DNA of 64,000 nucleotides, taken from assembly GCA_033763655.1 (NCBI GenBank), contig JANRKD010000027.1:4707-68706 (forward strand). Reading direction: 5' to 3'. The notes beneath the pieces are model-generated. The model searched no databases. It worked only from the letters and a program-made list of their open reading frames with translations, and was not told where the DNA came from. Positions 55,383 through 64,000 of this stretch are shown piece by piece. The stretch is from Alphaproteobacteria bacterium (GTDB lineage Bacteria; Pseudomonadota; Alphaproteobacteria; Rickettsiales; UBA3002). The stretch's first letter is position 1. Each line of letters opens with the position of its first letter. The translations under genes were made by a program, and so were the position numbers.

Positions 55383-56087
55383 CTAGCGCTGCCGGCGGTG
55401 ATACACCACGAAAATCACGAGGATACCCAGCGCGATGCCGTACCAGGTCAGGATGTAGCTTAAGTGGTCGTTCCTGAGGCGGATCGTGCCGTCCGATGGG
55501 ACGGGCAGGTGGGCGCTGTCTGGCACCCCGACCACATCGACCATGGCGGGGACGACGTTCTCAAGCCCTGCAAAGGCCGCCATCGCGGCGACATCGCGCC
55601 CGAACCAGAGATTTTTTTCGGGCTGGTTCGCCGGCGAGAAATAGCTGCGTTCCGCGCCGATGCGCACCATACCCTGCAGCGTCGTGCGGCCACGGACGGC
55701 GGTTTCCGGGCGGGTGACGGCGTCTTTCTTCCGGGCGGGCACCCAGCCCCGGTTGACCAGCAGCGTGCGTCCGTCGTTCAGGGTGAAAGGGGTGATGATG
55801 CTGTAGCCGAACTGGTCGTGCCAGTAACGCGGCGCGAGGTGGAACTCGATGTCGCCGCGCCAGCTTCCCTTGAGGGAAACCGGGTGAAATTGCAGTGCGT
55901 CGAGCGCAGCGGTATCTGCAGGCAGGGCGGTGGCGGGAGCGCGGGTGGCCGCTTCCGCCAGCGCGGCGATGACCCCCTCTTTCCAGCGCAGGCGCTCGAC
56001 CTGCCAGCTGCCCAGCGCCATGGTCGTGCCAAAGGCGGCGAGGAAAAAGAACCATGCAACCGGGCGCGGACGGGTGAAGTTACGCAT
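55383..56087 (-). CDS. surf1: SURF1-family cytochrome oxidase biogenesis protein
   Basis: LGSWQVERLRWKE, VNRGWVP and the C-terminal NDHLSYILTWYGIA are SURF1 hallmarks. Last gene of the cox cluster. Confidence 0.85.
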   Translation of the reverse strand: MRNFTRPRPVAWFFFLAAFGTTMALGSWQVERLRWKEGVIAALAEAATRAPATALPADTAALDALQFHPVSLKGSWRGDIEFHLAPRYWHDQFGYSIITPFTLNDGRTLLVNRGWVPARKKDAVTRPETAVRGRTTLQGMVRIGAERSYFSPANQPEKNLWFGRDVAAMAAFAGLENVVPAMVDVVGVPDSAHLPVPSDGTIRLRNDHLSYILTWYGIALGILVIFVVYHRRQR

Positions 56088-56433
56088 GCGGCGGCCCTTC
56101 CATCTGCTTCAGGCGGTACTGGATCGTCACCAGAAGGGTTTTAAAGCTACGCAGGCAGAGGATGCTGGCGACGAAAGTAAACGGCACCCACAGCAGCGCA
56201 TGTACCCACAAGGCAGGTTCGTAGGTGATTTCGACCCAGGCGGCCAGCCCCGTTACCAGAAATCCGACAATCACCAGCGCAAAGAAGGTTGGCCCGTCGG
56301 CGGCGTCATGGTGCCCGAGCGCGAGATGGCAGGTTGCGCATGTATCGACCACGCCGAGCATGTCCTTAAACAATCGGCCTTTACCGCAGGCCGGGCAACG
56401 TGGGGCAAGCAATTGCTGGACGAGCGTGCGCAC
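56080..56433 (-). CDS. DUF983-like small membrane protein
   Basis: A GTG start shares one nt with the ctaE stop. RCPACGKGRLF...CATCH is followed by two TM helices, the usual occupant of the ctaE-surf1 gap in alphaproteobacteria. Confidence 0.65.
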   Translation of the reverse strand: MRTLVQQLLAPRCPACGKGRLFKDMLGVVDTCATCHLALGHHDAADGPTFFALVIVGFLVTGLAAWVEITYEPALWVHALLWVPFTFVASILCLRSFKTLLVTIQYRLKQMEGPPHA

Positions 56434-57251
56434 TAGTTGGAGGTCAGCCAGTAAATCCCGACGAAAAGGAACAGCCAGACCACATCGACGAAATGCCAGT
56501 ACCAGGCGGCGAATTCGAAGCCCAGATGGCCTTGCGTGCTCAGCGTACCGCGCCGCGCGCGCACCAGCATCACCGCGAGAAACGCCGTGCCGATCATGAC
56601 ATGGAGGCCGTGGAAACCCGTGGCGAGGAAGAAGGTGGCGGCGTATTTGCCGTCCTTCAGGCCGAAGGCGGCGTGGGAATACTCGTAGGCCTGGAATAGG
56701 GTGAAGCACAGGCCGAGCGCGACGGTGGCGGCAAGGCCGCGTATCAGGTCGCGCCGGTTGCCCGACAGCAGCGCGTGGTGCGCCCAGGTAACGGTGGTGC
56801 CCGAAAGCAGCAGGATGAGGGTGTTGATGAGCGGCAGGTCGAACGCATCGAAGGCGATGATGTTGGCCGGTGGCCAGATGCCCGGCGCAATCGCCCAGAC
56901 GTCCTCAAGCGGCAGTTTGGGGAAGAAGGCCGCGCCGAAATAGGCCCAGAAGAAGGCGACGAAGAACATCACCTCCGAGCAGATGAACAGCGCCATGCCC
57001 GCGCGCAGGCCGCGACGGACTTTTGCGGTGTGAGCGTGGTCGTTCAGCCCTTCGCGAATCACATCGCGCCACCAGAAAAAGCAGCAGGCGAGGATGGCCG
57101 AAGCACCTAGGAATACCACCGGCAGGCCTGCCGGTTCATGGTGCAGCGCCAGCGCCCCACCGACAACAAAAGCGAGGATGGAAAAGGCGGTAAGCACCGG
57201 CCACTTGCTGGGATTGACCAGATGGTAGGGATGGGTGACGTTGGTGCTCAT
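56433..57251 (-). CDS. ctaE: Cytochrome c oxidase subunit III
   Basis: HPYHLVNPSKWP, and GFHGLHVMIGT...WYWHFVDVVWLFLF. Confidence 0.9.
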   Translation of the reverse strand: MSTNVTHPYHLVNPSKWPVLTAFSILAFVVGGALALHHEPAGLPVVFLGASAILACCFFWWRDVIREGLNDHAHTAKVRRGLRAGMALFICSEVMFFVAFFWAYFGAAFFPKLPLEDVWAIAPGIWPPANIIAFDAFDLPLINTLILLLSGTTVTWAHHALLSGNRRDLIRGLAATVALGLCFTLFQAYEYSHAAFGLKDGKYAATFFLATGFHGLHVMIGTAFLAVMLVRARRGTLSTQGHLGFEFAAWYWHFVDVVWLFLFVGIYWLTSN

Positions 57252-57293
57252 AAGTCCTCGTTTTGTATGGCGGCGGTTTGCAGAAACGACCGC

Positions 57294-57833
57294 CTAAAGT
57301 TTCGATTTATTGGCCGATTCATAACTAAAAAACGTGTAAGATAAAGTGATATTTGTCACTTCGCGGGTTTCGGGGTCATCAATCATCGCCGGGTCGACAA
57401 AAAATGACACAGGCATAATCGCCGACTGGTGCGGCCCGAGCTGTTGTTCCTTGAAGCAGAAACACTGGATTTTGTTGAAATAGCTGCCTACTGCAAAGGG
57501 GGTGACGTTGTAGGTCGCCGTCGCGCGGGTGGTTTTGTCGGACAGGTTGGTGGCACGGAAGGCGACCAGCCTATTCTCGCCGAGCCTGACCGTCACCGAT
57601 TTTTCGATCGGCTCGAATTTCCACGGCAGTCGCGGGTCGGTATTCGCATCAAAAGTGACGGTGACGCGCCGGTCGAGCACGCGGGTGCTTTGCATAGCGG
57701 CGCGCTGGCTGGTGCCGCCAAAACCGGTTACCTGACAGAACATGCGGTAGAGCGGCACCGAGGCATAGGCGAGCATCAGCATGCCCAGCGTGATGGCGGT
57801 CAGTTGCAGGGCGAGGGTGCGGTTGGCGTGCAT
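57294..57833 (-). CDS. ctaG: Cytochrome c oxidase assembly protein CtaG/Cox11
   Basis: Start at MHANRTLAL. VPLYRMFCQVTGFGGT and KIQCFCF copper-binding motifs. Confidence 0.9.
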   Translation of the reverse strand: MHANRTLALQLTAITLGMLMLAYASVPLYRMFCQVTGFGGTSQRAAMQSTRVLDRRVTVTFDANTDPRLPWKFEPIEKSVTVRLGENRLVAFRATNLSDKTTRATATYNVTPFAVGSYFNKIQCFCFKEQQLGPHQSAIMPVSFFVDPAMIDDPETREVTNITLSYTFFSYESANKSKL

Positions 57834-57946
57834 GGTGTGGGCTGTGTAGGACAATCCCCGGCATGGGGGAAGGCTTTTTTCGTGGGCAGCGCGCGCCCGT
57901 TTACAAATCCTGCCCAAATGTTTGTGGCCGCGCCAGACTCTTTGCT

Positions 57947-58006
57947 ATCCCTACGAAGGTAGGGATCTCCTTGTCTGCTTAAGGGGATTCCCGCCTTCGC
58001 GGGAAT
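57947..58006. repeat. Two 8-bp-stem GNRA-less hairpins, ATCCCTAC-gaag-GTAGGGAT and ATTCCCGC-cttc-GCGGGAAT, inside the cox operon
   Basis: Read directly. They lie between the small ORFs downstream of ctaB and ctaG. Confidence 0.8.
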
Positions 58007-58052
58007 GACAAACTATCGTTGCTTGAATATATGTGGGTGGTGATGCAGTAAT

Positions 58053-58172
58053 CTACTGACCACCGAGTTTAAGGGTGGTGAGGTAAAACAGCCCGGCCAC
58101 AAACAGCAGCAGCAGCAGCAGCGCAAAGTAGTTTTTGGCCCGTTTCCGGCGATGGGTTTCACTCAGCGGCAT
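58053..58172 (-). CDS. Candidate 39-aa single-TM protein
   Basis: My own translation gives MPLSETHRRKRAKNYFALLLLLLFVAGLFYLTTLKLGGQ. Its ATG overlaps the TAA of the preceding small ORF (TAATG). It is below the ORF-track size cut-off. Confidence 0.35.
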   Translation of the reverse strand: MPLSETHRRKRAKNYFALLLLLLFVAGLFYLTTLKLGGQ

Positions 58173-58357
58173 TATTTTTTCGCCAGTTGGTCGCGCCGCA
58201 TGAAATCGAGCAGCACAAGGATGAAAATCGTAAACAGGCTGCCGACGATGAAACTTAAGCCCATCAGGTACACCACGTTTTCGTTGCTGATGACGGAATT
58301 GCCGTGGCTGGTGATGGCTTCGAGTGCTTTGTGGGTGGCGGTGGCGTGCATGTTCAT
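58172..58357 (-). CDS. Small single-TM protein (61 aa) downstream of ctaB
   Basis: AAGGAG RBS 6 nt upstream of the ATG. The hydrophobic segment is LMGLSFIVGSLFTIFILVLL. High third-position GC. Confidence 0.55.
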   Translation of the reverse strand: MNMHATATHKALEAITSHGNSVISNENVVYLMGLSFIVGSLFTIFILVLLDFMRRDQLAKK

Positions 58358-58420
58358 AAAGTCTCCTTCCGGTTCCAGTGCGTGGGCGTCAGGTCTGCGA
58401 CGTATGCAGGCAAGCCTATC

Positions 58421-59326
58421 CTAAAACGCACCAAGATAAAAGCCCTGTGTGAGATGGTCGGCGGCGAGCAGGCCAAACAGCGCGAACAGATAGAGGATGG
58501 AAAAACCGAACATGCGCATGGCATCGCGCGGTTCCGCCGAGCGTAATACCCGCAATGCGTGGCGCAGGAAGTTGCCGCCGAGCAGTGCCGCACCTGCACC
58601 ATAAATCAGGCTGGCGCCCGCCCAAATGGGGGTGAGGGAGATGGCCACGAGTAGTAGCGTGTAAACGAGCATCTGCCGCTTGGTGGCGGCCATTCCGGCG
58701 GTAACCGGCAGCATCGGGATGTGGGCCAGCGCGTAGTCACTGTGGCGGTAAAGTGCCAGTGCCCAGAAATGTGGCGGCGTCCAGAAAAAGACGATGGCGA
58801 CCATCAGCCAGGGCATCAGTGCCGGTTCGGGGCTGGCCGCCACCCAGCCGATAAGCGCGGGCAACGCCCCTGCCAGCCCGCCGATGACGATATTGTGGGC
58901 GGTGCGGCGCTTGAGCAGCATGGTATAGACCACGGCGTAAAAGAAAATGGCGAAGGCCAGCCACGCTGCCGCCATCACGCTGACGGCCAGACCGAGCATG
59001 CCGACCGAGGCGACTGTCAGCATGAGGCCGAGCGCCAACGCATCGTCCGCCGCGACGCGCCCGGCGGGAATCGGGCGCTTCTGCGTGCGGTTCATGATGG
59101 CGTCGATGTCGCGGTCGTACCACATGTTGAGTGCCGCGCCTGCGCCCGAGCCCAGCGCAATGCACAGGACGGTGATGAACTGATAGAACGGGTGCAGTTG
59201 CACCGGCGCCATCCACAGCCCCACCGCGCCGGTGAACACCACCAGCAGCATCACGCCGGGTTTGAGCAGCGTGGCGTAATCCCGCAGGGAGGATTCCTCG
59301 GTCGATAGAAGTGTGGCCGTGTTCAT
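58421..59326 (-). CDS. ctaB: Protoheme IX farnesyltransferase (heme O synthase)
   Basis: DYATLLKPGVMLLVVFT and NMWYDRDIDAIMNRTQKRPIP (UbiA-family Asp-rich motif). Confidence 0.9.
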   Translation of the reverse strand: MNTATLLSTEESSLRDYATLLKPGVMLLVVFTGAVGLWMAPVQLHPFYQFITVLCIALGSGAGAALNMWYDRDIDAIMNRTQKRPIPAGRVAADDALALGLMLTVASVGMLGLAVSVMAAAWLAFAIFFYAVVYTMLLKRRTAHNIVIGGLAGALPALIGWVAASPEPALMPWLMVAIVFFWTPPHFWALALYRHSDYALAHIPMLPVTAGMAATKRQMLVYTLLLVAISLTPIWAGASLIYGAGAALLGGNFLRHALRVLRSAEPRDAMRMFGFSILYLFALFGLLAADHLTQGFYLGAF

Positions 59327-59382
59327 GCTGCCCTTCGTGATGCGTCGCGCTTCAGGCGGTATTCGCCGTCACCCGAACGCTC

Positions 59383-61029
59383 CTAATGCTGGCTCGGATA
59401 GGCGCCGGTGACCTTGCTGAAATCCGGTTGGGTTTCGTAGGTATGGAACGGCGGCGGGGAGGGCAGCGTCCATTCCAGCGTGGTGGCGCCTTCGCCCCAC
59501 GGGTTGGCTTTAGCGGGACGTTTTTTAATGAACATTTCCGCCACCACAATCAGGAACCAGATGGCTGCGGCCATGCCGATGTAGGAACCGATCGACGACC
59601 AGTAATTCCAGCCCTCGTAGGCATCCGGATAATCGGGGATGCGGCGCGGCATGCCAGCAAGGCCGAGGAAATGCTGCGGGAAGAAGGTAAGGTTGGTGCC
59701 AATAAAGAACATCCAGAAATGCACCTTGCCCATCCACTCGCTGTACATGTAGCCCGACATTTTCGGGATCCAGTAATAGAACGCGGTAAATACGCCAAAC
59801 AACGCGCCAAGGCTCATCGCGTAATGGAAGTGGGCGACGACGTAGTAGGTGTTGTTGAAGGTGATATCGAGCGCCGAGTTGGCGAGCATCACGCCCGTTA
59901 CCCCGCCCATGGTGAAGAGGAAAATGAAGCCCAGCGCAAACACCATCGGGGTTTCAAAGGTCATCGACCCGCCCCACATCGTGGCGATCCACGAGAAGAT
60001 TTTGATACCGGTGGGCACCGCAATCACCATCGTGGCGATCATGAAATAGGCTTCGGTATCGGGCGACAGGCCAAGGATGAACATATGGTGCGCCCAGACG
60101 ACAAAGCCGAGCACGCCGATGGCGCTCATCGCCGCCACCATGCCCAGATAGCCGAAAATCGGTTTGCGCGAGAAGGTCGAAACCACTTCGGAAATTAGCC
60201 CGAACGCGGGGACAATCAGCACATACACCTCCGGGTGACCGAAGAACCAGAACAGATGGTCGAACAGCAGCGGGTCGCCGCCACCCGCCGGGTTGAAGAA
60301 GTTGGTGCCAAGGTTGCGGTCGGCAAGCAGCATGGTGATGGCGCCGCCAAGCACTGGCAGCGACAGCAGCAGCAGGAAGGCGGTGATGAGGATCGCCCAC
60401 GGGTAAAGCGGCATTTTGAACAGGGTCATCCCCGGCGCGCGCATGTTGAAAATGGTGACGATGAAGTTAATCGCGCCGAGAATCGAGGAGATCCCCGCCA
60501 GGTGCAGGGAGAAAATCGCCAGATCGACCGCCATGCCCTTATGCAGCCCATCGATTACCGAAAGTGGGGCCTGCACCGTCCAGCCGAGGCCGACGCCGCG
60601 CGCCTCGCCCGAGCCGACCACCGACGACGCCACCAGCAGGCCGATCGAGGGAATCAGCAGCCAGAAGGAAATGTTGTTCATGCGCGGGAAGGCCATGTCG
60701 GGCGCGCCGATCATCAATGGCACAAAATAGTTGCCAAAGCCGCCAATCAGCGCAGGCATAATCAGGAAGAACACCATCAGGAAGGCGTGCGCGGTGAGCA
60801 CCACATTATAAAGCTGGTAGTTGCCGCCGAACACCTGATCGCCCGGCGCCTGCAGTTCCATGCGCAGCAGCACCGAGGCTATCGCCCCGAGCAACCCGGC
60901 GACGCAGGCATAAATCAGGTACATGATGCCAATATCTTTGTGGTTGGTCGAATAAAGCCAGCGGCGCCAGCCTTTGGGCGTGCCGTGGTCAGCGTGGTCG
61001 TGGGCGGTGGTGGCTGCGGCGTGGGTCAT
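59383..61029 (-). CDS. ctaD: Cytochrome c oxidase subunit I (aa3 type)
   Basis: [31 protein letters not shown] and YYVVAHFHY. Note FNNTYY where canonical enzymes have HDTYY. Confidence 0.95.
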   Translation of the reverse strand: MTHAAATTAHDHADHGTPKGWRRWLYSTNHKDIGIMYLIYACVAGLLGAIASVLLRMELQAPGDQVFGGNYQLYNVVLTAHAFLMVFFLIMPALIGGFGNYFVPLMIGAPDMAFPRMNNISFWLLIPSIGLLVASSVVGSGEARGVGLGWTVQAPLSVIDGLHKGMAVDLAIFSLHLAGISSILGAINFIVTIFNMRAPGMTLFKMPLYPWAILITAFLLLLSLPVLGGAITMLLADRNLGTNFFNPAGGGDPLLFDHLFWFFGHPEVYVLIVPAFGLISEVVSTFSRKPIFGYLGMVAAMSAIGVLGFVVWAHHMFILGLSPDTEAYFMIATMVIAVPTGIKIFSWIATMWGGSMTFETPMVFALGFIFLFTMGGVTGVMLANSALDITFNNTYYVVAHFHYAMSLGALFGVFTAFYYWIPKMSGYMYSEWMGKVHFWMFFIGTNLTFFPQHFLGLAGMPRRIPDYPDAYEGWNYWSSIGSYIGMAAAIWFLIVVAEMFIKKRPAKANPWGEGATTLEWTLPSPPPFHTYETQPDFSKVTGAYPSQH

Positions 61030-61129
61030 AGTGTGTCCTATCCAAAAAACGTCTATTCTGTGTCATCGCGGGCGCTTAGTGAGCCAGCGTCTTTTGCAAA
61101 AAAGATGCTGGATAGCCGCAGTGACGTTG

Positions 61130-62095
61130 TTATTTACTTTCCAGTGCGGCGAACTGCATCCAGCCGTTCGTCGCATATTTCAACTTCGCGCCACGCACCC
61201 ATTGCTCAAATTTTTCGGGTGACACGACGATAATTTTCACGGGCATATAGCCATGCAATTTACCGCAGAGTACGGAGCATTGGCCGTAATAAATGCCTTC
61301 TTTCTCGGCTTTGAACCAGGTCTCGTTCAGGCGGCCCGGTACGGCGCCTTTCTTGATACCAAACGCCGGCAGCGCCCACGCATGAATGACATCCGCCGAG
61401 GTGATTTGCAGCCGCACCACCTTGCCCGCCGGCACGACGATGGGGTTATCGACCTCAAGCAGGCGCGGCGCCCCAACAGGCAGGTCTTTATCGGCGGTGA
61501 TGTTGGAATCAAACGCGATGTTTTGCGCCGGGTATTCGTAGCTCCAGTACCATTGGTGCGCCACCACTTTGATGGTGAGATCCGGGTTGCTGATGATGGT
61601 TTCGTTGTTGTAGTATTGGTAGTGCAGCCGCAGCGACGGGATAGCGATGCCCACCAGAATCAGGATGGGAATCACCGTCCAGACGATTTCGACGATTTTA
61701 TTGTGGGTGAAGGTTTGCGGTTTGGGGTTCGTGCGCTTGTTGAAGCGCACCATGACAAACACCAGCAGCCCCAGCACCAGCACGACAATCAGGGCGATGA
61801 TGACCATCACCCCATCATGCAGCGGCACGAGATTCTGCATGACCGGCGATTCGGCGTCCTGATAGGAAATCTGCCAGGGCTTCGGCGCGCCGATGACGTT
61901 CGCCGCGTCGAACTTCGTGATTTCTCCGGCCACGTCAATCGCGGCTTTGGCTTCACTCGCCGTCAGGGGCTGTTCGGCGACAGCGGCAGTGGCGGCTTCT
62001 TCCGCCGCCCGCGACGGCGTCGCCTGCATCAGCAGCAGACCGGCGAGCGCGGCAAGGGTGAGGGTACGCAGGTTCATAAGGGTTTTCTGGGTCAT
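61130..62095 (-). CDS. ctaC: Cytochrome c oxidase subunit II
   Basis: Start at MTQKTLMNLRTL (signal-like). There are two TM helices and the CuA domain HAWALPAFGIKKGAVPGRLN...GQCSVLCGKLHGYMP. Note Val where Glu is canonical. Confidence 0.9.
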   Translation of the reverse strand: MTQKTLMNLRTLTLAALAGLLLMQATPSRAAEEAATAAVAEQPLTASEAKAAIDVAGEITKFDAANVIGAPKPWQISYQDAESPVMQNLVPLHDGVMVIIALIVVLVLGLLVFVMVRFNKRTNPKPQTFTHNKIVEIVWTVIPILILVGIAIPSLRLHYQYYNNETIISNPDLTIKVVAHQWYWSYEYPAQNIAFDSNITADKDLPVGAPRLLEVDNPIVVPAGKVVRLQITSADVIHAWALPAFGIKKGAVPGRLNETWFKAEKEGIYYGQCSVLCGKLHGYMPVKIIVVSPEKFEQWVRGAKLKYATNGWMQFAALESK

Positions 62096-62284
62096 GATGC
62101 AAACATCGCTCGGGTGATGACGGATGGTTTCGCGTAGCGGATGCCGCGCGAGGATGCAAGTTTGAAGTTGCGCGCGCATCGTCGATCGTGGGATGCAGGT
62201 GGGCAAGTGCGGAGATTGGGTAACAGGCGCCGCCCACCGATTCCCTTTGACTGGCCCGGGTGCACTGGGTACTGGTCAGAGTCT

Positions 62285-63709
62285 ATGGACCATGATCCCT
62301 TTTTTGCTTCCGGCCATTTCGAGCAGGCGGCCGCCCTGCGCACCCTCGGCGAGGCGCTGCACGGCACCGATGACGGCGAGCTTTACCTCGAACAGCGCGC
62401 CAGCGAATCCTATATGTTTGATGACGGGCGGCTGAAACAGGCCAGCGGCGATACGTCGCAGGGGTTCGGCCTGCGCGCGGTCAGGGGCGAGACCACCGCC
62501 TATGCGCACAGCGCCGAGCTGAGCGATGCGGCCCTGAAACGCGCCGCCGCCACCGTGTGCGCGGTCGATGCCGGGCAACCTAACGTGCGGGTGGCCATCG
62601 CCCCTGCATTTGGCACCAACCGCCAGCTTTATACCCAGGATAACCCGATTGCAGCGGTGGCCTTTGCACAGAAACTGGCGGTGCTGCAGGCCATTGACGG
62701 CTATTTGCGCGCCGCCGACCCGCGTGTGCGGCAGGTGAGCGCGACACTGGCGGCGAACTGGCAGCGCATCCGGATCCTGCGCGCCGACGGGCAGATGACC
62801 GGCGATGTGCGGCCGCTGGTGCGGCTTTCGGTGCAGGTGGTGATTGGAGATGGCACGAAGATGGAATCCGGCTCCAGCGGTGCGGGCGGGCGTATTCTCT
62901 ATGACGCACTGCTGGCCGAGGAAGGCTGGAAACCGGTCGCCGATGAAGCGCTGCGCCAGGCACGGGTGAACCTCGCGGCGCGCCCCGCCCCGGCGGGTGA
63001 ATTGCCGGTGGTGCTCGGTGCGGGCTGGTGCGGCGTGCTGCTGCACGAGGCGGTCGGCCATGGGCTGGAGGGTGATTTCAACCGCAAGGGGTCGAGCGCC
63101 TTTGCGGGCCGGATGGGCGAACAGGTGGCGGCCAGAGGCGTGACGGTGGTCGATGACGGCACGTTGGCGCAGCGCCGTGGGTCGCTGAGCGTGGACGACG
63201 AAGGCACGCCGACGCAGCGCAATGTGCTCATCGAGGATGGGGTGCTGAAAGGTTACCTCCATGACCGCCTGAACGCGCGGCTGACCGGCGTGGCGGCGAC
63301 GGGCAATGGCCGCCGCGAAAGCTATGCCCACGCGCCGCTACCGCGCATGACCAACACGTTTATGCTGGGCGGCAACGCGGTGAAGGAAGAAATGATATCG
63401 AGCGTTACCCGCGGGATTTACGCGGCCTATCTCGGCGGCGGGCAGGTGGATATCACCTCGGGCAAGTTCGTTTTCAATGCCACCGAGGCCTATATGATCG
63501 AGGATGGGAAGATTACCTTTCCCATCAAGGGGGCGACGCTGATTGGCTCCGGCCCCGAGGTGATGGGCCGGATTGCCGCCATCGGCAACGATATGGCGCT
63601 CGACCCGGGTGTTGGCACCTGCGGCAAGGCGGGGCAATCGGTGCCGGTCGGTGTCGGCCAACCGAGCCTGCTGATTTCGGGCATGACCGTCGGCGGAACG
63701 CAGCTTTAG
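62285..63709 (+). CDS. tldD: Metalloprotease TldD
   Basis: Start at MDHDPFFAS. LLHEAVGHGLEGD (HExxxH) and the C-terminal PSLLISGMTVGG. Confidence 0.9.
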   Translation: MDHDPFFASGHFEQAAALRTLGEALHGTDDGELYLEQRASESYMFDDGRLKQASGDTSQGFGLRAVRGETTAYAHSAELSDAALKRAAATVCAVDAGQPNVRVAIAPAFGTNRQLYTQDNPIAAVAFAQKLAVLQAIDGYLRAADPRVRQVSATLAANWQRIRILRADGQMTGDVRPLVRLSVQVVIGDGTKMESGSSGAGGRILYDALLAEEGWKPVADEALRQARVNLAARPAPAGELPVVLGAGWCGVLLHEAVGHGLEGDFNRKGSSAFAGRMGEQVAARGVTVVDDGTLAQRRGSLSVDDEGTPTQRNVLIEDGVLKGYLHDRLNARLTGVAATGNGRRESYAHAPLPRMTNTFMLGGNAVKEEMISSVTRGIYAAYLGGGQVDITSGKFVFNATEAYMIEDGKITFPIKGATLIGSGPEVMGRIAAIGNDMALDPGVGTCGKAGQSVPVGVGQPSLLISGMTVGGTQL

Positions 63710-63742
63710 CGGCAGCAAGAGAAGAGTCGAGTGGTAAAAGGG

Positions 63743-63777
63743 GTAGCCAGTAGCCAGTAGCCGGTAGTCAGTAGCCA
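63743..63777. repeat. Five tandem heptamers GTAGCCA (two variants, GTAGCCG and GTAGTCA); a sixth copy lies at 63860..63866
   Basis: Read directly: GTAGCCA GTAGCCA GTAGCCG GTAGTCA GTAGCCA. Confidence 0.9.
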
Positions 63778-63857
63778 GTGAAGGAAGTGAAGGAAGTGAA
63801 GAAAGAAAGAAAGAAAAAGAAAGTAAAGGAAGCGAAGAAAGTGAAGTGAATAGAGGA
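63778..63857. repeat. ~80-bp polypurine-biased tract with three GTGAAG[GA]AA nonamers and GAAA repeats
   Basis: GTGAAGGAAGTGAAGGAAGTGAAGAAAGAAAGAAAGAAAAAGAAAGTAAAGGAAGCGAAGAAAGTGAAGTGAATAGAGGA. The only pyrimidines are the T of GT/TA steps and one C. Confidence 0.9.
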
Positions 63858-63888
63858 CGGTAGCCAGCAAGGGGAGTATCCCCCTCCC

Positions 63889-63933
63889 ACTCCCCCCTCG
63901 CGGGGGAGTCGAAACGCTCCTTCAAGCGTTTCG
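63889..63933. repeat. Two adjacent 8-bp hairpins, ACTCCCCC-ctcgc-GGGGGAGT and CGAAACGC-tccttcaa-GCGTTTCG
   Basis: Read directly. Located downstream of tldD, after the purine tract. Confidence 0.85.
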
Positions 63934-64000
63934 GTGGGGGGATTCCTGTGGCCAGTGTCGGGTATCAGGGCAGCCGCACGACCTTGCCGCCCACGACAGC

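Noticed and set aside
63743-63866. CRISPR-like array.
   Set aside because: The repeats are 7-9 nt, contiguous, and have no spacers. No cas genes occur in the window.
63338-63925. 195-aa minus-strand ORF overlapping the tldD 3' end and the repeat block.
   Set aside because: Its translation (SSLPLLSFSFFLSSLPSLPSLATDYRLLATGYPF...) simply reads through the tandem and polypurine repeats. The rest is antisense to tldD.

Overview
This 64-kb window comes from a GC-rich alphaproteobacterial-type chromosome. The core gene content supporting that is: an aa3 cytochrome c oxidase cluster (ctaC-ctaD-ctaB-ctaG-ctaE-DUF983-surf1), a Tad/Flp pilus assembly locus, nrdA/nrdB, putA, icd, coq7, mnmC, murI, mtgA, aguA/aguB, an RND multidrug pump, an OprB-type porin, and four tRNAs (Leu-CAA, Arg-CCG, Arg-UCU, Arg-CCU).

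The first ~14.1 kb is visibly lower in G+C. Hand counts of sampled lines give about 47-57%, against about 65% further right. This region is mosaic. It holds a partial flgB at the left edge and a czcCBA-type heavy-metal RND efflux cluster with histidine-rich accessory proteins and an ICMT-like gene. It also holds orphan ORFs and a small phage-like module: an XRE repressor, a replication-initiator-like gene with an embedded CAGA repeat array, and a large serine recombinase. The module abuts tRNA-Leu(CAA), and the recombinase ORF terminates inside the tRNA gene.

No CRISPR array, rRNA or transposase was seen.

Items most worth follow-up:
- A translationally coupled pair: a membrane protein plus a 665-aa HExxH protein of no family I recognise (21977-24522).
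- A secreted-protein gene wedged between nrdA and nrdB.
- An aa3 oxidase in which the canonical Mg/Mn-site ligands are replaced in both subunit I (HD to NN) and subunit II (CSELCG to CSVLCG).
- An M48-like protein with HAAAH in place of HExxH.
- A complete Tad machinery with no pilin or prepilin peptidase gene in the window.
- Several unusual repeat and hairpin structures (10161-10325, 11023-11170, 21814-21905, 63743-63933).

All functional calls rest on motif recognition by eye. No database search was run.
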